From Planctomycetaceae bacterium (GTDB lineage: Bacteria; Planctomycetota; Planctomycetia; Pirellulales; PALSA-1355), in NCBI GenBank assembly GCA_003153375.1, contig PLYM01000217.1, positions 7,558 through 71,557 of the forward strand: DNA of 64,000 nt. The letters run 5' to 3'. A program made the position numbers and the translations under genes. Every line of letters begins with the position of its first letter. Position 1 is the stretch's first letter. Below, in pieces: positions 28,141 to 38,070 of this stretch. Under the pieces are notes generated by a model. It was not told the origin of the DNA and searched no databases. It was given only the letters and a program-made list of their open reading frames with translations.

Positions 28141-29169
28141 TCACTGCTCATAGAGTGCCACGTGCGTCTTGCCGTCGCGGGTCACATAGCCGCGATACAA
28201 ACCCTCGCTGTTGAACGAGGCGGCATAGTTGCCTTTGGCGTCGAGCACGATCACCCCCCCTTCGCCTTCGATCGGCTTGAGTTTTTTCTGCACGACCTCA
28301 TCGGCCGCCTGGGCGACGTTCAGCCCCTTGTATTTCACCAGCGAAGCGATGTCGTGGGCCACGGCAAAGCGAATGAAGTACTCGCCGTGGCCGGTGCACG
28401 AGACGGCGCAGGCTCCGTTATCGGCATAGGTGCCGGCCCCGATGATGGGTGAGTCACCGACGCGGCCGAACATCTTGTTGGTCATGCCGCCGGTCGAGGT
28501 GCCAGCCGCCAGATTGCCGTCGTGGTCGAGCGCCACGGCACCCACCGTGCCCCAACTGTGGGGGGGCGCGGCTTCGACTTCAGCCTGGGGATCTTTGTTG
28601 TCGTGCGGCTTGGCCTCGCGCTTCCAGACCTTTTGGATGTCCTTCCAGCGCCGTTCGGTCCAAAAATAGGCCGGATCGACAATCTCCAAACCCGCCTTGG
28701 TCGCAAACACTTCGGCTCCGCGTCCCATTAACAGCACGTGCTTCGATTTTTCCATCACCGCGCGGGCCGCGCTGATCGGATTCTTGACCACGGTCACGCC
28801 GGCCACGGCCCCGGCTCGCAGGGTCTTGCCCTCCATGATCGAGGCGTCCAACTCGTTGCGCCCCTCGTGCGTGAAAACGGCGCCCTTGCCGGCATTGAAG
28901 TTCGGCGAGTCCTCCAGGACACGAATCGCCGCTTCCACTGCATCCAGGCCGCTCCCCCCTTTTTGCAGACTCTCATAGCCGGCCTTCAAGGCCCGTTCCA
29001 TGTCGGCCCGCAGCACCTTTTCCAACTCGGGGGTCATCTCTTTTTTCGCGTCTCCCGTGCCGCCGTGAATGGCTAACACGACCTGCGGCACCGGAATCTC
29101 GGCGGCCAGGGCCGGCAGACTGGGCAACGCAGCCAACAGCGCCATCGAGGGAATCAAATGGTTTGCCAT
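28141..29169 (-). CDS. iaaA: Isoaspartyl peptidase / L-asparaginase (Ntn-hydrolase, IaaA type), with signal peptide
   Basis: AIHGG, FNAGKGA, ELDASIM, GTVGAVA (Thr nucleophile), GRVGDSPIIGAG, CTGHGE. Confidence 0.92.
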   Translation of the reverse strand: MANHLIPSMALLAALPSLPALAAEIPVPQVVLAIHGGTGDAKKEMTPELEKVLRADMERALKAGYESLQKGGSGLDAVEAAIRVLEDSPNFNAGKGAVFTHEGRNELDASIMEGKTLRAGAVAGVTVVKNPISAARAVMEKSKHVLLMGRGAEVFATKAGLEIVDPAYFWTERRWKDIQKVWKREAKPHDNKDPQAEVEAAPPHSWGTVGAVALDHDGNLAAGTSTGGMTNKMFGRVGDSPIIGAGTYADNGACAVSCTGHGEYFIRFAVAHDIASLVKYKGLNVAQAADEVVQKKLKPIEGEGGVIVLDAKGNYAASFNSEGLYRGYVTRDGKTHVALYEQ

Positions 29170-29411
29170 GCCAAGAACCCCCGAGTTTTCAATCTGCTGC
29201 CGAGATAATTAGTATCCGCGCCAACCCAAAAGCCCAGAATAGGGCAGCCCGCTCAAGCACGCAACTTCAGACGACTTGCATCAACGCGCCGCCGGGAGGA
29301 TGATGCGTGTTCCGCCGATTCGCCCACTCTCCAGGGCCACGGGCGCGAGGGCGCCTTTTCGCGCCGGCGCGGCGTGCCACTTGCCCGACTCTCGATGACA
29401 AGCAGACGACT

Positions 29412-30668
29412 ATGGACGACCTCGTTTCCGATCTCTCTCCGCCGGCCGAAGCCTCGGGCCTGCAAACCGCGCCGGGCTTTGCCGTGGCTCGCGTGATCCT
29501 CAAGCCGCGCAAGGCACGTCCATTTTTTGGCCGTCATCCGTGGGTATTGGATTCGGCCATCGCCCGCGTCGAGGGCACGGCGGCTGATGGCGACGTCGTG
29601 GACCTGATTTCCGACACGGGCAAATTCGTCGCCCGCGGTTTGTACAACAGCCGCAGCCGCATTCGCGTGCGGCTCTATTCGTGGGACAACACCGAAGCCC
29701 TCGAGACGGAGTTTTGGCGCCGGCGCTTGACCGCGGCCGTCGAGTTGCGCACTCGGTTGGGCCTAGACGATGTGCAAGGAGCGGCCCGCCTCGTGTTCAG
29801 CGAGGCCGACGGCTTGAGCGGCCTGATCGTCGACCGCTACGGACCGTGGCTGTCGGTGCAGGTCACCGCGCTGGGCATGGCCCGGCGTTTGGACGAGCTG
29901 GTGCCCATGCTCGTCGAACAGACCCGTCCGCGCGGTATCTTCATCCGCACGGAAAAAGGGGTCGCGGCGGCCGAGGGCATCGATCTGCGCGACGGGCTCT
30001 ATTGGGGCCAATCGCCCGAGGGCCCCGTGTTCATTGTCGAAAACCAGTTGCGCTACGGCATCGATCTGGCCGAAGGGCAAAAGACCGGGTTCTATGTCGA
30101 TCAACGCGAGAATCGCCTGGCGGCCGCGGCCTACATGCGTGACCGGCGGGTGCTCGACATGTTTTGCTACAGCGGCGGCTTCAGCCTCAATGCGGCCGTG
30201 CACGGGCAGGCCCGCGAGGTGATCGGCTACGACTCGAGCCACAAGGCCGTCCTGCTCGCTCGGGCGAACGCCGAGCTCAACAACGTGAAGAACGTGCGTT
30301 TCGAGGAGGGTGACGGCTTCAAGTCACTCGACGCGCTCGCGGCCAGTCATCAGCGGTTTGGCGCCGTGGTGCTCGATCCGCCCAAGTTCGCGCGCAGCCG
30401 CTCGAGTGTCGACGATGCCTTGCGGGCGTACCATCGGCTTAATCGGCTGGCGGTCGACGTGCTCGAGCCGTTGGGCATTCTCGTGACTTGCAGTTGCTCG
30501 GGTCACGTCGGGAGCGAGGACTTTCTCTACATGCTGCGCGGCGTCGCCGAGCAAACCGGCCGCGACATTCAGGTGCTGGCCATGCGCGGCGCCGGCCCCG
30601 ATCATCCGCTGAGCGTCACCTGCCTTGAGAGCGAATATCTCAAGTGCTTCATTTGCCGGGTGAACTAA
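29412..30668 (+). CDS. RlmI/RlmK-type class I SAM-dependent rRNA methyltransferase
   Basis: RHPWV PUA domain, SEADGLSGL, GQKTGFYVDQR, LDPPKF, TCSCS, YLK. Confidence 0.92.
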   Translation: MDDLVSDLSPPAEASGLQTAPGFAVARVILKPRKARPFFGRHPWVLDSAIARVEGTAADGDVVDLISDTGKFVARGLYNSRSRIRVRLYSWDNTEALETEFWRRRLTAAVELRTRLGLDDVQGAARLVFSEADGLSGLIVDRYGPWLSVQVTALGMARRLDELVPMLVEQTRPRGIFIRTEKGVAAAEGIDLRDGLYWGQSPEGPVFIVENQLRYGIDLAEGQKTGFYVDQRENRLAAAAYMRDRRVLDMFCYSGGFSLNAAVHGQAREVIGYDSSHKAVLLARANAELNNVKNVRFEEGDGFKSLDALAASHQRFGAVVLDPPKFARSRSSVDDALRAYHRLNRLAVDVLEPLGILVTCSCSGHVGSEDFLYMLRGVAEQTGRDIQVLAMRGAGPDHPLSVTCLESEYLKCFICRVN

Positions 30669-30787
30669 GACGATCGAATCGGCCCGGTAATGGTCGCCCC
30701 TTCCGCCTGGCAGGGCTTGATCCTACACTGGGAAATTCGCCTGGCAGCACCGCCAAAACGCCTGGAATTTCGGCCGTGGTCAACAAC

Positions 30788-31615
30788 ATGCCCGTCAAGA
30801 CGCTGGTCCACAAGGACCTGACGATCGAGGGCTACTCCCGCGCCGCGGTGCAAACCTATTGGCGAATTCCCGAGTTGAAGATTGGCTTCGATCTGGGCGG
30901 GCAGCCCTGGTCGTTCATGGGCACCAGCACCTGGTTCGTATCGCATTCGCATCTCGACCACCTGGCCGCGCTGCCGGTTTACGTGGCACGGCGGCGAATG
31001 ATGAAGATGGAACCGCCGACCATCTATCTGCCGGCCGGGGCGATCGAGCACGTCGAAAAAATCCTCAAGCTGTTCACGCGGCTCGACCGCGGGCGGATGC
31101 CCTGTCACTTGCTGCCGATCGAACCAGGACAGGAAATCGAGTTGTCGCGCGAGCACGTGGTTTCGATCTCGGCCACGCAGCACACGATTCCCTCAATGGG
31201 CTTCGTCGTTTGGGAGCGCCGGCGGAAGCTGAAAACCGAATATCAATCGCTCACCGGGCCGCAAATTCGTGACTTGCGCATGGGCGGCACTGACGTGACC
31301 GAAGAACGTCGCGTGGCCCGCTTTGCCTATCTGGGCGACAGCGCCCCGCCCGGGCTGGATGCGTGCGCCGCGATGTATGAAGCCCACGTCCTGATCATGG
31401 AAATGACCTTCGTGGCCCCCTCGCATCGCAAGGACAAGATCCACAAATTTGGTCACATGCACCTGGACGACGTTATCGAGCGCCGCGCCAAATTCAAGAA
31501 TGAGCTGATTATCGCCTCGCATTTCAGCACCCGCTACAACAGCAAACGCATCCGCGACGTCGTCGAGAAGAAGATTCCCGACATGCTCGACGGACGACTG
31601 CACTTGTGGCTGTAG
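30788..31615 (+). CDS. MBL-fold metallohydrolase, RNase Z (TM-type)-like
   Basis: SHSHLDH, HTIPSMG, YLGDS, EMTF, GHMH, SHFSTRY. Confidence 0.85.
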   Translation: MPVKTLVHKDLTIEGYSRAAVQTYWRIPELKIGFDLGGQPWSFMGTSTWFVSHSHLDHLAALPVYVARRRMMKMEPPTIYLPAGAIEHVEKILKLFTRLDRGRMPCHLLPIEPGQEIELSREHVVSISATQHTIPSMGFVVWERRRKLKTEYQSLTGPQIRDLRMGGTDVTEERRVARFAYLGDSAPPGLDACAAMYEAHVLIMEMTFVAPSHRKDKIHKFGHMHLDDVIERRAKFKNELIIASHFSTRYNSKRIRDVVEKKIPDMLDGRLHLWL

Positions 31616-31706
31616 CTCGACGCCGCGGATGCGCTCGGCACCCGGGCAGTCTGCCAGGAGCCTGAAAATCGGGCGATCAGTTGTTCGCGGGCGTACAATA
31701 GGAGCA

Positions 31707-32849
31707 ATGATCGACGCTTTTCCCGTTCCTCGTGCCGCTTATGTCCACGTGCCGTTCTGCAGGCACCGTTGCGGCTATTGCAACTTCACCCTGATCGCCG
31801 GCCGCGACGACCTGATCGACGCCTACCTGCAGGCGATTGGGTTGGAGCTTGCGACTCTGCGCTCCCCGCACGAGGTCGACACGCTTTTCTTTGGCGGCGG
31901 CACGCCCACCCATCTTCCGCCCGATGAGCTGCGGCGACTGATCGACACGGTGCGCCATTGGTTTCCACTGGCCGACGGTTATGAGTTTAGCGTCGAGGCC
32001 AACCCCGCGGATCTTTCCGACGAGGTGGTTGCGGTCTTGACCGCTGGTGGCGTGAACCGCATTAGCTTGGGAGGTCAATCGTTCGACGCGCGCAAGCTGG
32101 GAGTGTTGGAGCGCGACCACACGCCCCACGATTTGTGCCGCGCGGTCGAGCAGGCGAAACGTGCCTTCGCGTCGGTTTCACTCGATCTGATCTTCGGCGC
32201 GCCCGGCGAAATGCTCGCAGCGTGGCAAGCCGACCTCGCGGAAGCGATTCGCCTGCGGCCCCATCATCTTTCAACCTATGGCCTGACGTTCGAGCGCGGC
32301 ACACCGTACTGGAGCCGGCTGTTGTCCGGCGAGCTGGGCCGGCTGGACGAGGAACTCGAACGGGCCATGTATGCCGCGGCGATCGACACGCTCGCCGCCG
32401 CCGGATTCGACCACTACGAGGTATCGAACTTCGCCCAGCCTGGGCACCGTTGCCGGCACAACGAAACGTATTGGGCCGGCGATGGCTACTGGGCGGTCGG
32501 CCCCGGCGCGGCCCGCTACGTCGAGGGCCGCCGCGAAATGAACCATCGGAGCACGACGACCTGGCTCAAACGCGTGCTGGCCGGCGAGTCGCCCATCGCC
32601 GAATCCGAATCGCTCGATGCGGCCGACCGGGCTCGCGAGATGCTGGTCTTCGGATTGCGCCGGCTCTCGGGCGTCGATCGTTGTGAATTCGCGGCGCGGA
32701 CCGGTTTCGAGGTCGAGGCGTTGGTCGGAAAGCCTTTGGACCGCATGCTCTCACTGGGGTTGCTGGCGGCCGAGGGGACGCGCGTGCGTCTGACGCGCGA
32801 GGGTTTGTTTGTCAGCGACGCGATCTGGCCACACTTTCTCAGCCCATAG
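31707..32849 (+). CDS. hemW: Radical SAM heme chaperone HemW (HemN-like)
   Basis: YVHVPFCRHRCGYCNF, FGGGTP, YEVSNF, HNETYW. Confidence 0.9.
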   Translation: MIDAFPVPRAAYVHVPFCRHRCGYCNFTLIAGRDDLIDAYLQAIGLELATLRSPHEVDTLFFGGGTPTHLPPDELRRLIDTVRHWFPLADGYEFSVEANPADLSDEVVAVLTAGGVNRISLGGQSFDARKLGVLERDHTPHDLCRAVEQAKRAFASVSLDLIFGAPGEMLAAWQADLAEAIRLRPHHLSTYGLTFERGTPYWSRLLSGELGRLDEELERAMYAAAIDTLAAAGFDHYEVSNFAQPGHRCRHNETYWAGDGYWAVGPGAARYVEGRREMNHRSTTTWLKRVLAGESPIAESESLDAADRAREMLVFGLRRLSGVDRCEFAARTGFEVEALVGKPLDRMLSLGLLAAEGTRVRLTREGLFVSDAIWPHFLSP

Positions 32850-32861
32850 CGAGACCCGCGT

Positions 32862-34547
32862 CTATTCCGAGCGACCGGCCGCTGCCGACTTCAAGTCGCC
32901 GACTCGGGCTTGCAGGATCTCGACCTGGCGTTCCAGCGAATTGCGCGACTTGCGCACGCGCTCGAGCACTTTCTCAGCGCCGGACTTGATGGTCTCGGCC
33001 GAGCGGGTGACCTCGGAAAGCGATTGCGACTGCTTGTCGATCTCCAAAATCGCCTCGGTGATGGCCGCGAAATCGGCCGCCTGGGCCTCGCTCTGCTGCT
33101 CGACGCGAATGCACAAGGCCCGGGCCAGCGTCAGGGCGATTTTCAGGTGCAGATTGGTTTGCGAATCTTCCGGATCCCAGACGACGAACACATCGTTGCC
33201 CGAGCGGAACACGTCGTCGAACCCACAGGCGGCCGTCTTTTTGGAGAACACGAACAACCCCACCTGTGCCCCGCGATTCTCGCGAGCGGTTTCGATCTCG
33301 GCCCTCGCCTCGTTGAGCGTGTAGCCGCTCTTTTCCTTGGCTTCGATCACCACTTTGGCGCCCGGCGCCGCGCTGTCGGGGTTCAGCTCGATGACACAAT
33401 CGCCCTTCTTGCAGTTTTTGATCAATCCCGTGGCCGCGCCCGTGCGGGTGGCGATGTCGCCCGTCTGGTGTGAATGAAATTCCAGGTAGGCGCAGACGGC
33501 ATCCTCGAACACCAGGCCGTGCTGCGTGGATCGCTCCGATTCCTCGCGGCGCGCGACCATCTTGCCCAGCGCCACCTTCACTTCTTCTTGAAAGGCGTGG
33601 TTCGTGTCGGTGTGCGATTGCAGAATCGACAGCAGTTCGCGCCGCAAACGGGCCAGCGACGAGCTCTCGCCGTCCAGGGTCAAGTTGCCGTCGATCGCGG
33701 TCCGGGTGTCGGTGAGCATGGCCGCCAAGCGCGACAGCGCCGAGTTATTGTCATCGAGCGAAAACTCACGTGTGATCGTGCGCTGCGCTCGATCGACGTT
33801 GTTGACCAGGCGGCTCAAGGCCGAGTCGTCCTTATCCAGCGAAAACTCCGCGACCACGGTATCGATTTTCTTTTGCAAGGCCTCGGTCAATTGGCCGTGG
33901 TTCGTGGTCAGCTCGCAGATCATGCGCGACATCGCTCCCTGCTTGTTATCGAGCGAGAACTCGCGCAGGACGTGATTTCGCTGCGACTCGAGCTGGCTTT
34001 GCAAGGTCTGCCCCAAGGCCGCCAACAGGCCTTCCGATTCCTTGGGGTTGAGCATCTTCATCAACGGGCTCTGCTGGCCGAAGTGTGCCAGCAGCGTCTT
34101 GCACAATTGCGAGTCATCGCCGCCGATCTGCCGTCGCAGCAATTGCTCCAACTCGCCGTCGGCCTTGACCAATTGCTGCACGCGCTCGGGAAATCGCCCA
34201 CTCTCGGGATCAAAATACTCCTTCAACGAGCCGGTCAGCTTCTCTTGCGTTTGCAACGCATGGGCTGAGAGCTGGCGCTCCAACCCGGCCAGCATGCGTT
34301 GCGTCTCACGCTGGATCAGGTCGACATCGATCCGCCCGCGGGCCTGCTTCAAGGCCAGGACGCCAATCCGCAGCGCGTTGAGCGCGACCAGTTCGCGTCC
34401 CTGGCCGCAGGGATAGGCAAGCAGCTCCTCGATCGTATCGCGATCGACGACCGTCAATTGCAAGTCGAGCGTCTCGGGCAGCTCGGCCCCCTCCTCCGAG
34501 AAGAGACGCGCCGTCGGAACGGCTCTGGGATCAGCTAAACCTGCCAT
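32862..34547 (-). CDS. Coiled-coil protein with a PD-(D/E)xK-like nuclease domain (RmuC/DUF2130-like)
   Basis: Helical N-region with repeated EFSLDxxxSALSRL; HGLVFE...KGDCVI...IEAKEK motif; C-terminal coiled coil; RBS GGGAG. Confidence 0.7.
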   Translation of the reverse strand: MAGLADPRAVPTARLFSEEGAELPETLDLQLTVVDRDTIEELLAYPCGQGRELVALNALRIGVLALKQARGRIDVDLIQRETQRMLAGLERQLSAHALQTQEKLTGSLKEYFDPESGRFPERVQQLVKADGELEQLLRRQIGGDDSQLCKTLLAHFGQQSPLMKMLNPKESEGLLAALGQTLQSQLESQRNHVLREFSLDNKQGAMSRMICELTTNHGQLTEALQKKIDTVVAEFSLDKDDSALSRLVNNVDRAQRTITREFSLDDNNSALSRLAAMLTDTRTAIDGNLTLDGESSSLARLRRELLSILQSHTDTNHAFQEEVKVALGKMVARREESERSTQHGLVFEDAVCAYLEFHSHQTGDIATRTGAATGLIKNCKKGDCVIELNPDSAAPGAKVVIEAKEKSGYTLNEARAEIETARENRGAQVGLFVFSKKTAACGFDDVFRSGNDVFVVWDPEDSQTNLHLKIALTLARALCIRVEQQSEAQAADFAAITEAILEIDKQSQSLSEVTRSAETIKSGAEKVLERVRKSRNSLERQVEILQARVGDLKSAAAGRSE

Positions 34548-34638
34548 GATGACTCCCTTGTTCGGCAGGGGCACGATGGTGCGCCCGGCGAGTTGGATCC
34601 AACCTGTTCACGACCCGTGGCCGGCCTTGAGGCAGCCA

Positions 34639-34654
34639 CTAGATGGATGTACAG
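34639..34654. promoter_or_regulatory. SOS-box-like site upstream of the RmuC-like gene
   Basis: Minus strand CTGT-ACATCCAT-CTAG, near CTGT-N8-ACAG (two mismatches in one half-site). Confidence 0.4.
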
Positions 34655-34733
34655 TTAATATGACGATCCACGCAGGGCGAATCAAGAGAGTGACAGCAGT
34701 GCGGAGCCGTGGAGGCCGCACAGTTTAACATCC

Positions 34734-36161
34734 CTAACGTTGGGGCGCGGCAGAGCCCCGATTGGGACGAAGAGGCATGGTGCCCGAGGCCTGACGAACG
34801 GGCTTCTCTTCCTCCGGAGGAGCGAATGCAACTCGTGGGCGGTCGCGGAAGGCCTGTTCGCGCTGATAGAGGGCCAGGCGTTTTTCGGCCGTGACGACTT
34901 CGCTGCGTGGCGCCTTGGCGATGGCCTTTTCTTGTGTCTCCTTGGCCTGCGCGAACAGTTCGGCATTGGCCTGGGCCGCGGCCAGCGTTTCCAGCGCGCG
35001 GTAATCCGCTCCGCCGCTCAGTTCGACGGCCTTGGTGGCCGCTTCGACCGCCAGCTTCGCGTTACGGTAATGGTCGTCGGGGCATGTTGCCATCAACCAG
35101 GCCGCGCTTTGATAGGCGCGTGCCAGTTTGGGGTTGGCCTCCACCGCGGCGCGATAATCGTTGGCGGCTTCGTTGTACTGACCCAGGTCGCTGTGCGTGT
35201 CGCCACGATTGACCAGCGCGGCGGCGAACTTGGGATCGGCAATGATGGCTTCGCTGTAATCGCGCAAGGCATCGCCAAACCGCTCCAGACGATAGAAGGC
35301 GTGGCCGCGGCCATTGAGAATTGCCGGATCGCGCGGAGCCGACTGCAACGCGCCGGTGTAGTCGTGGATAGCGCCGGCAAAATCGCCCTGGCTGTAGCGC
35401 AGTTCGGCCCGATTGAACCAGGCGTTGCCGTGCTTGGGGTTGAGCTCGATCGTGCGATCGAAATCGGCCAGGGCTTCTTGCGTGCGACCTTGCGTGGCAT
35501 AGCTCACACCCCGGTTGTGCAGCGCGCGCCACGAGTTGCCATTGCACTTCACGGCAGCTTCGAAATCGGCCAGCGCCTCGGCCTTCTGGCCCCCGCGTTC
35601 GCGCAGTTCGCCGCGTCGGTTATAAGTCCAGCTCAACAAGCGCCGCGCATAATCCTCATAGCTCCGCGTGAGCCCGGCCTTCGCGCCGCGCTGGCAGAGC
35701 TCGATCACCGCCGTGTACTCGGCGTCGGACCTGGCCTGCTTGCTCTTGGCAAAGGCGTCATCGACGTAGAACCGTCCCGCCGAATCGTTCGGCCCGGCCG
35801 GCATCGGCACCGGCTCCAGCCGTGGGCCCGACGCCGCGTCGCCTTGTTTCGGATGGCTGCTTTCCGTCGGCGTCGGTTGTTCGGTTTCGGCCGGCTCGGC
35901 GTGCTGCGCCCCGCGCACCGCCGGCGTCTTGAAGCGCGGCTTGAAGTTCGAGTCCTTGGGGGGCGTCACGCGCCGCGGAGCGGGCTTCGGCGCCGGGGTG
36001 TCGACCGCATCCTCCGGAAATGGCAGCAGCTTGGGCGCTGACTGGCCAGTCGGCGCCAACGTGGGAGTGCCATCCTCGGCGGCGACCAAGGTCGGCATGC
36101 TGATGCCGACCGCGACGCCAACGGCGAGGGTGCGCAAGAAAATCGTGAAGTTGCCGCCCAT
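34734..36161 (-). CDS. Exported tetratricopeptide repeat protein
   Basis: Signal peptide, Pro-rich linker, multiple NRG..Y...G...A..D TPR units. Confidence 0.9.
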   Translation of the reverse strand: MGGNFTIFLRTLAVGVAVGISMPTLVAAEDGTPTLAPTGQSAPKLLPFPEDAVDTPAPKPAPRRVTPPKDSNFKPRFKTPAVRGAQHAEPAETEQPTPTESSHPKQGDAASGPRLEPVPMPAGPNDSAGRFYVDDAFAKSKQARSDAEYTAVIELCQRGAKAGLTRSYEDYARRLLSWTYNRRGELRERGGQKAEALADFEAAVKCNGNSWRALHNRGVSYATQGRTQEALADFDRTIELNPKHGNAWFNRAELRYSQGDFAGAIHDYTGALQSAPRDPAILNGRGHAFYRLERFGDALRDYSEAIIADPKFAAALVNRGDTHSDLGQYNEAANDYRAAVEANPKLARAYQSAAWLMATCPDDHYRNAKLAVEAATKAVELSGGADYRALETLAAAQANAELFAQAKETQEKAIAKAPRSEVVTAEKRLALYQREQAFRDRPRVAFAPPEEEKPVRQASGTMPLRPNRGSAAPQR

Positions 36162-36216
36162 GATCGTGAACCTCCATGTTCGCGAAAAACGACGTGATCT
36201 GTAGATCGTATGGGGA

Positions 36217-37638
36217 TTAGTGCGGTTCGGTCATGCTCCGCGGGTCGAGGGCTTTGTCGAGCACCTCGTCGCTGAGAATTTTTTGCTCGCGACACAATTC
36301 TCGAATCGTCTTGCCCGTTTTGAAAGCTTCCTTCGCGAGCGCTGCGGCCCGCTCATAGCCGATGTGTGGATTCAGGCTGGTCACCATCGCCAGGCTCTTT
36401 TCGACCATCGACTCACAGCCTTCAGCGTTGACCTCCATCTCGAGCGCGCAGAACTCGACAAACGCTCGCGCCGAACTGGCCAACAGCTCGATGCTCTCCA
36501 GCGTCGCGTGGCCCATGATCGGCATCATGATGTTCAACTCGAAGTTGCCGCCAGTCGCGCCCGAGAAAGCCACGGTCTGGTCGTTGCCCATCACGCGGGC
36601 GCAAACCTGCATCATGCTCTCGCACATCACCGGGTTCACCTTGCCCGGCATGATCGACGAGCCGGGCTGCCGATCAGGCAGCATGACTTCATAGAAACCG
36701 CACCGAGGGCCGCTGCCCAGCCAGCGAATGTTGTTGGCGATCGAAAACAGGGTCACCGCGATCGCCCGCAAGTCGCCGCTGCACTCGACCAGGCCGTCGC
36801 GATTGGCGTTGCCCTCGAAATGATTCGTGGCCTCGATGAACGCGATGCCGGTTTCGCTCGCGAGCACCTCGGCCACCTTGGCGCCAAACTTGGGATGCGT
36901 GTTGATTCCCGTGCCGACCGCAGTGCCGCCAGCCGGCAATTCGCGCACCGCCTTGAGCGCCAGCTCGGCTCGATCGATCGACATTTCAAGCTGCCGGGCA
37001 TAGCCGCTGAATTCCTGACCGAGGCGAATCGGCGTGGCGTCGGCCAGGTGGGTCCGGCCGATCTTGATGATCGAATCCCACTGCTGGGCCTTGTCATTCA
37101 GCACGCCGTGAAATAAACGCAGCGCCGGAATCAGGTCGCTCTTCAACGCCTGACCCACGGCCACGTGGATCGCCGTGGGAAACATGTCGTTGGTGCTTTG
37201 CCCCATGTTCACATGGTCGTTGGGATGCACCGACTTATCGGCGTGAAAGCGATCGGCCTTGGTCAATTCAATGGCCCGGTTGGCGATCACCTCATTGGCG
37301 TTCATGTTGCTCGACGTGCCCGAACCGGTCTGAAAGACGTCGATCGGAAACTCGTCGTCGAATCTGCCGGCGGCCACTTCCTGCGCGGCAGCCAGCAATG
37401 CCTCGACCTGCGCGGGCGCCAGGGGATATTTGCCCGTCCCCGTCAGTTTTCCCAGATCGCGATTGGCCATCGCGGCGGCATATTTGCACAAGCCCATCGC
37501 ATGGATCAATTGCGGCCGGAGCGGCCAGCCCGAGATTGGAAAGTTGTCTTTCGCCCGCTGGGTCTGCGCGCCGTAGTAGGCCTGGGCGGGAACACGGACT
37601 TCGCCCATGGAATCACGCTCGATACGAAACTCGCTCAT
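36217..37638 (-). CDS. fumC: Class II fumarate hydratase
   Basis: FQTGSGTSSNMNANEV, GRTHLADA, PGSSIMPGKVNP. Confidence 0.95.
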   Translation of the reverse strand: MSEFRIERDSMGEVRVPAQAYYGAQTQRAKDNFPISGWPLRPQLIHAMGLCKYAAAMANRDLGKLTGTGKYPLAPAQVEALLAAAQEVAAGRFDDEFPIDVFQTGSGTSSNMNANEVIANRAIELTKADRFHADKSVHPNDHVNMGQSTNDMFPTAIHVAVGQALKSDLIPALRLFHGVLNDKAQQWDSIIKIGRTHLADATPIRLGQEFSGYARQLEMSIDRAELALKAVRELPAGGTAVGTGINTHPKFGAKVAEVLASETGIAFIEATNHFEGNANRDGLVECSGDLRAIAVTLFSIANNIRWLGSGPRCGFYEVMLPDRQPGSSIMPGKVNPVMCESMMQVCARVMGNDQTVAFSGATGGNFELNIMMPIMGHATLESIELLASSARAFVEFCALEMEVNAEGCESMVEKSLAMVTSLNPHIGYERAAALAKEAFKTGKTIRELCREQKILSDEVLDKALDPRSMTEPH

Positions 37639-38070
37639 GGTGTCTTTCTAGAGGTGTGAGATGCCGGCTAGTGACGCACGGAACCTGCCGCGCCCGCAGG
37701 GATGTGTTGCAATTGCACCCCTGGCGTCTGATTCGCTTCTGGCAACCTGGCGCGAGGCCCGATTTTTCCACCCGCGATAGAGTCTCAGACAGCCCATAGC
37801 ATAGCGGTTTTGCCCGTATTCACAAAGGCCGACGGGGCCGGCGATAACCGCGTAAAACGTGCCCGATTTGCGTGTCCGCACCGTCGTGCGGGCGTGCGAT
37901 GTCGCGAAGCTGTGCACCGGCGTGTTCGGCCCCGCGTGGCCTCCAAATCGCGATTGCCCGAGCCCTGACACCCCTCTACAATTGCGCGCTCGCGATGATT
38001 TTTGCGTTTCCAAACAGCTTGCCAGCACGACGCGTCGCAACCCGATGACGAAATCCGCTGCCTTGTCGAT

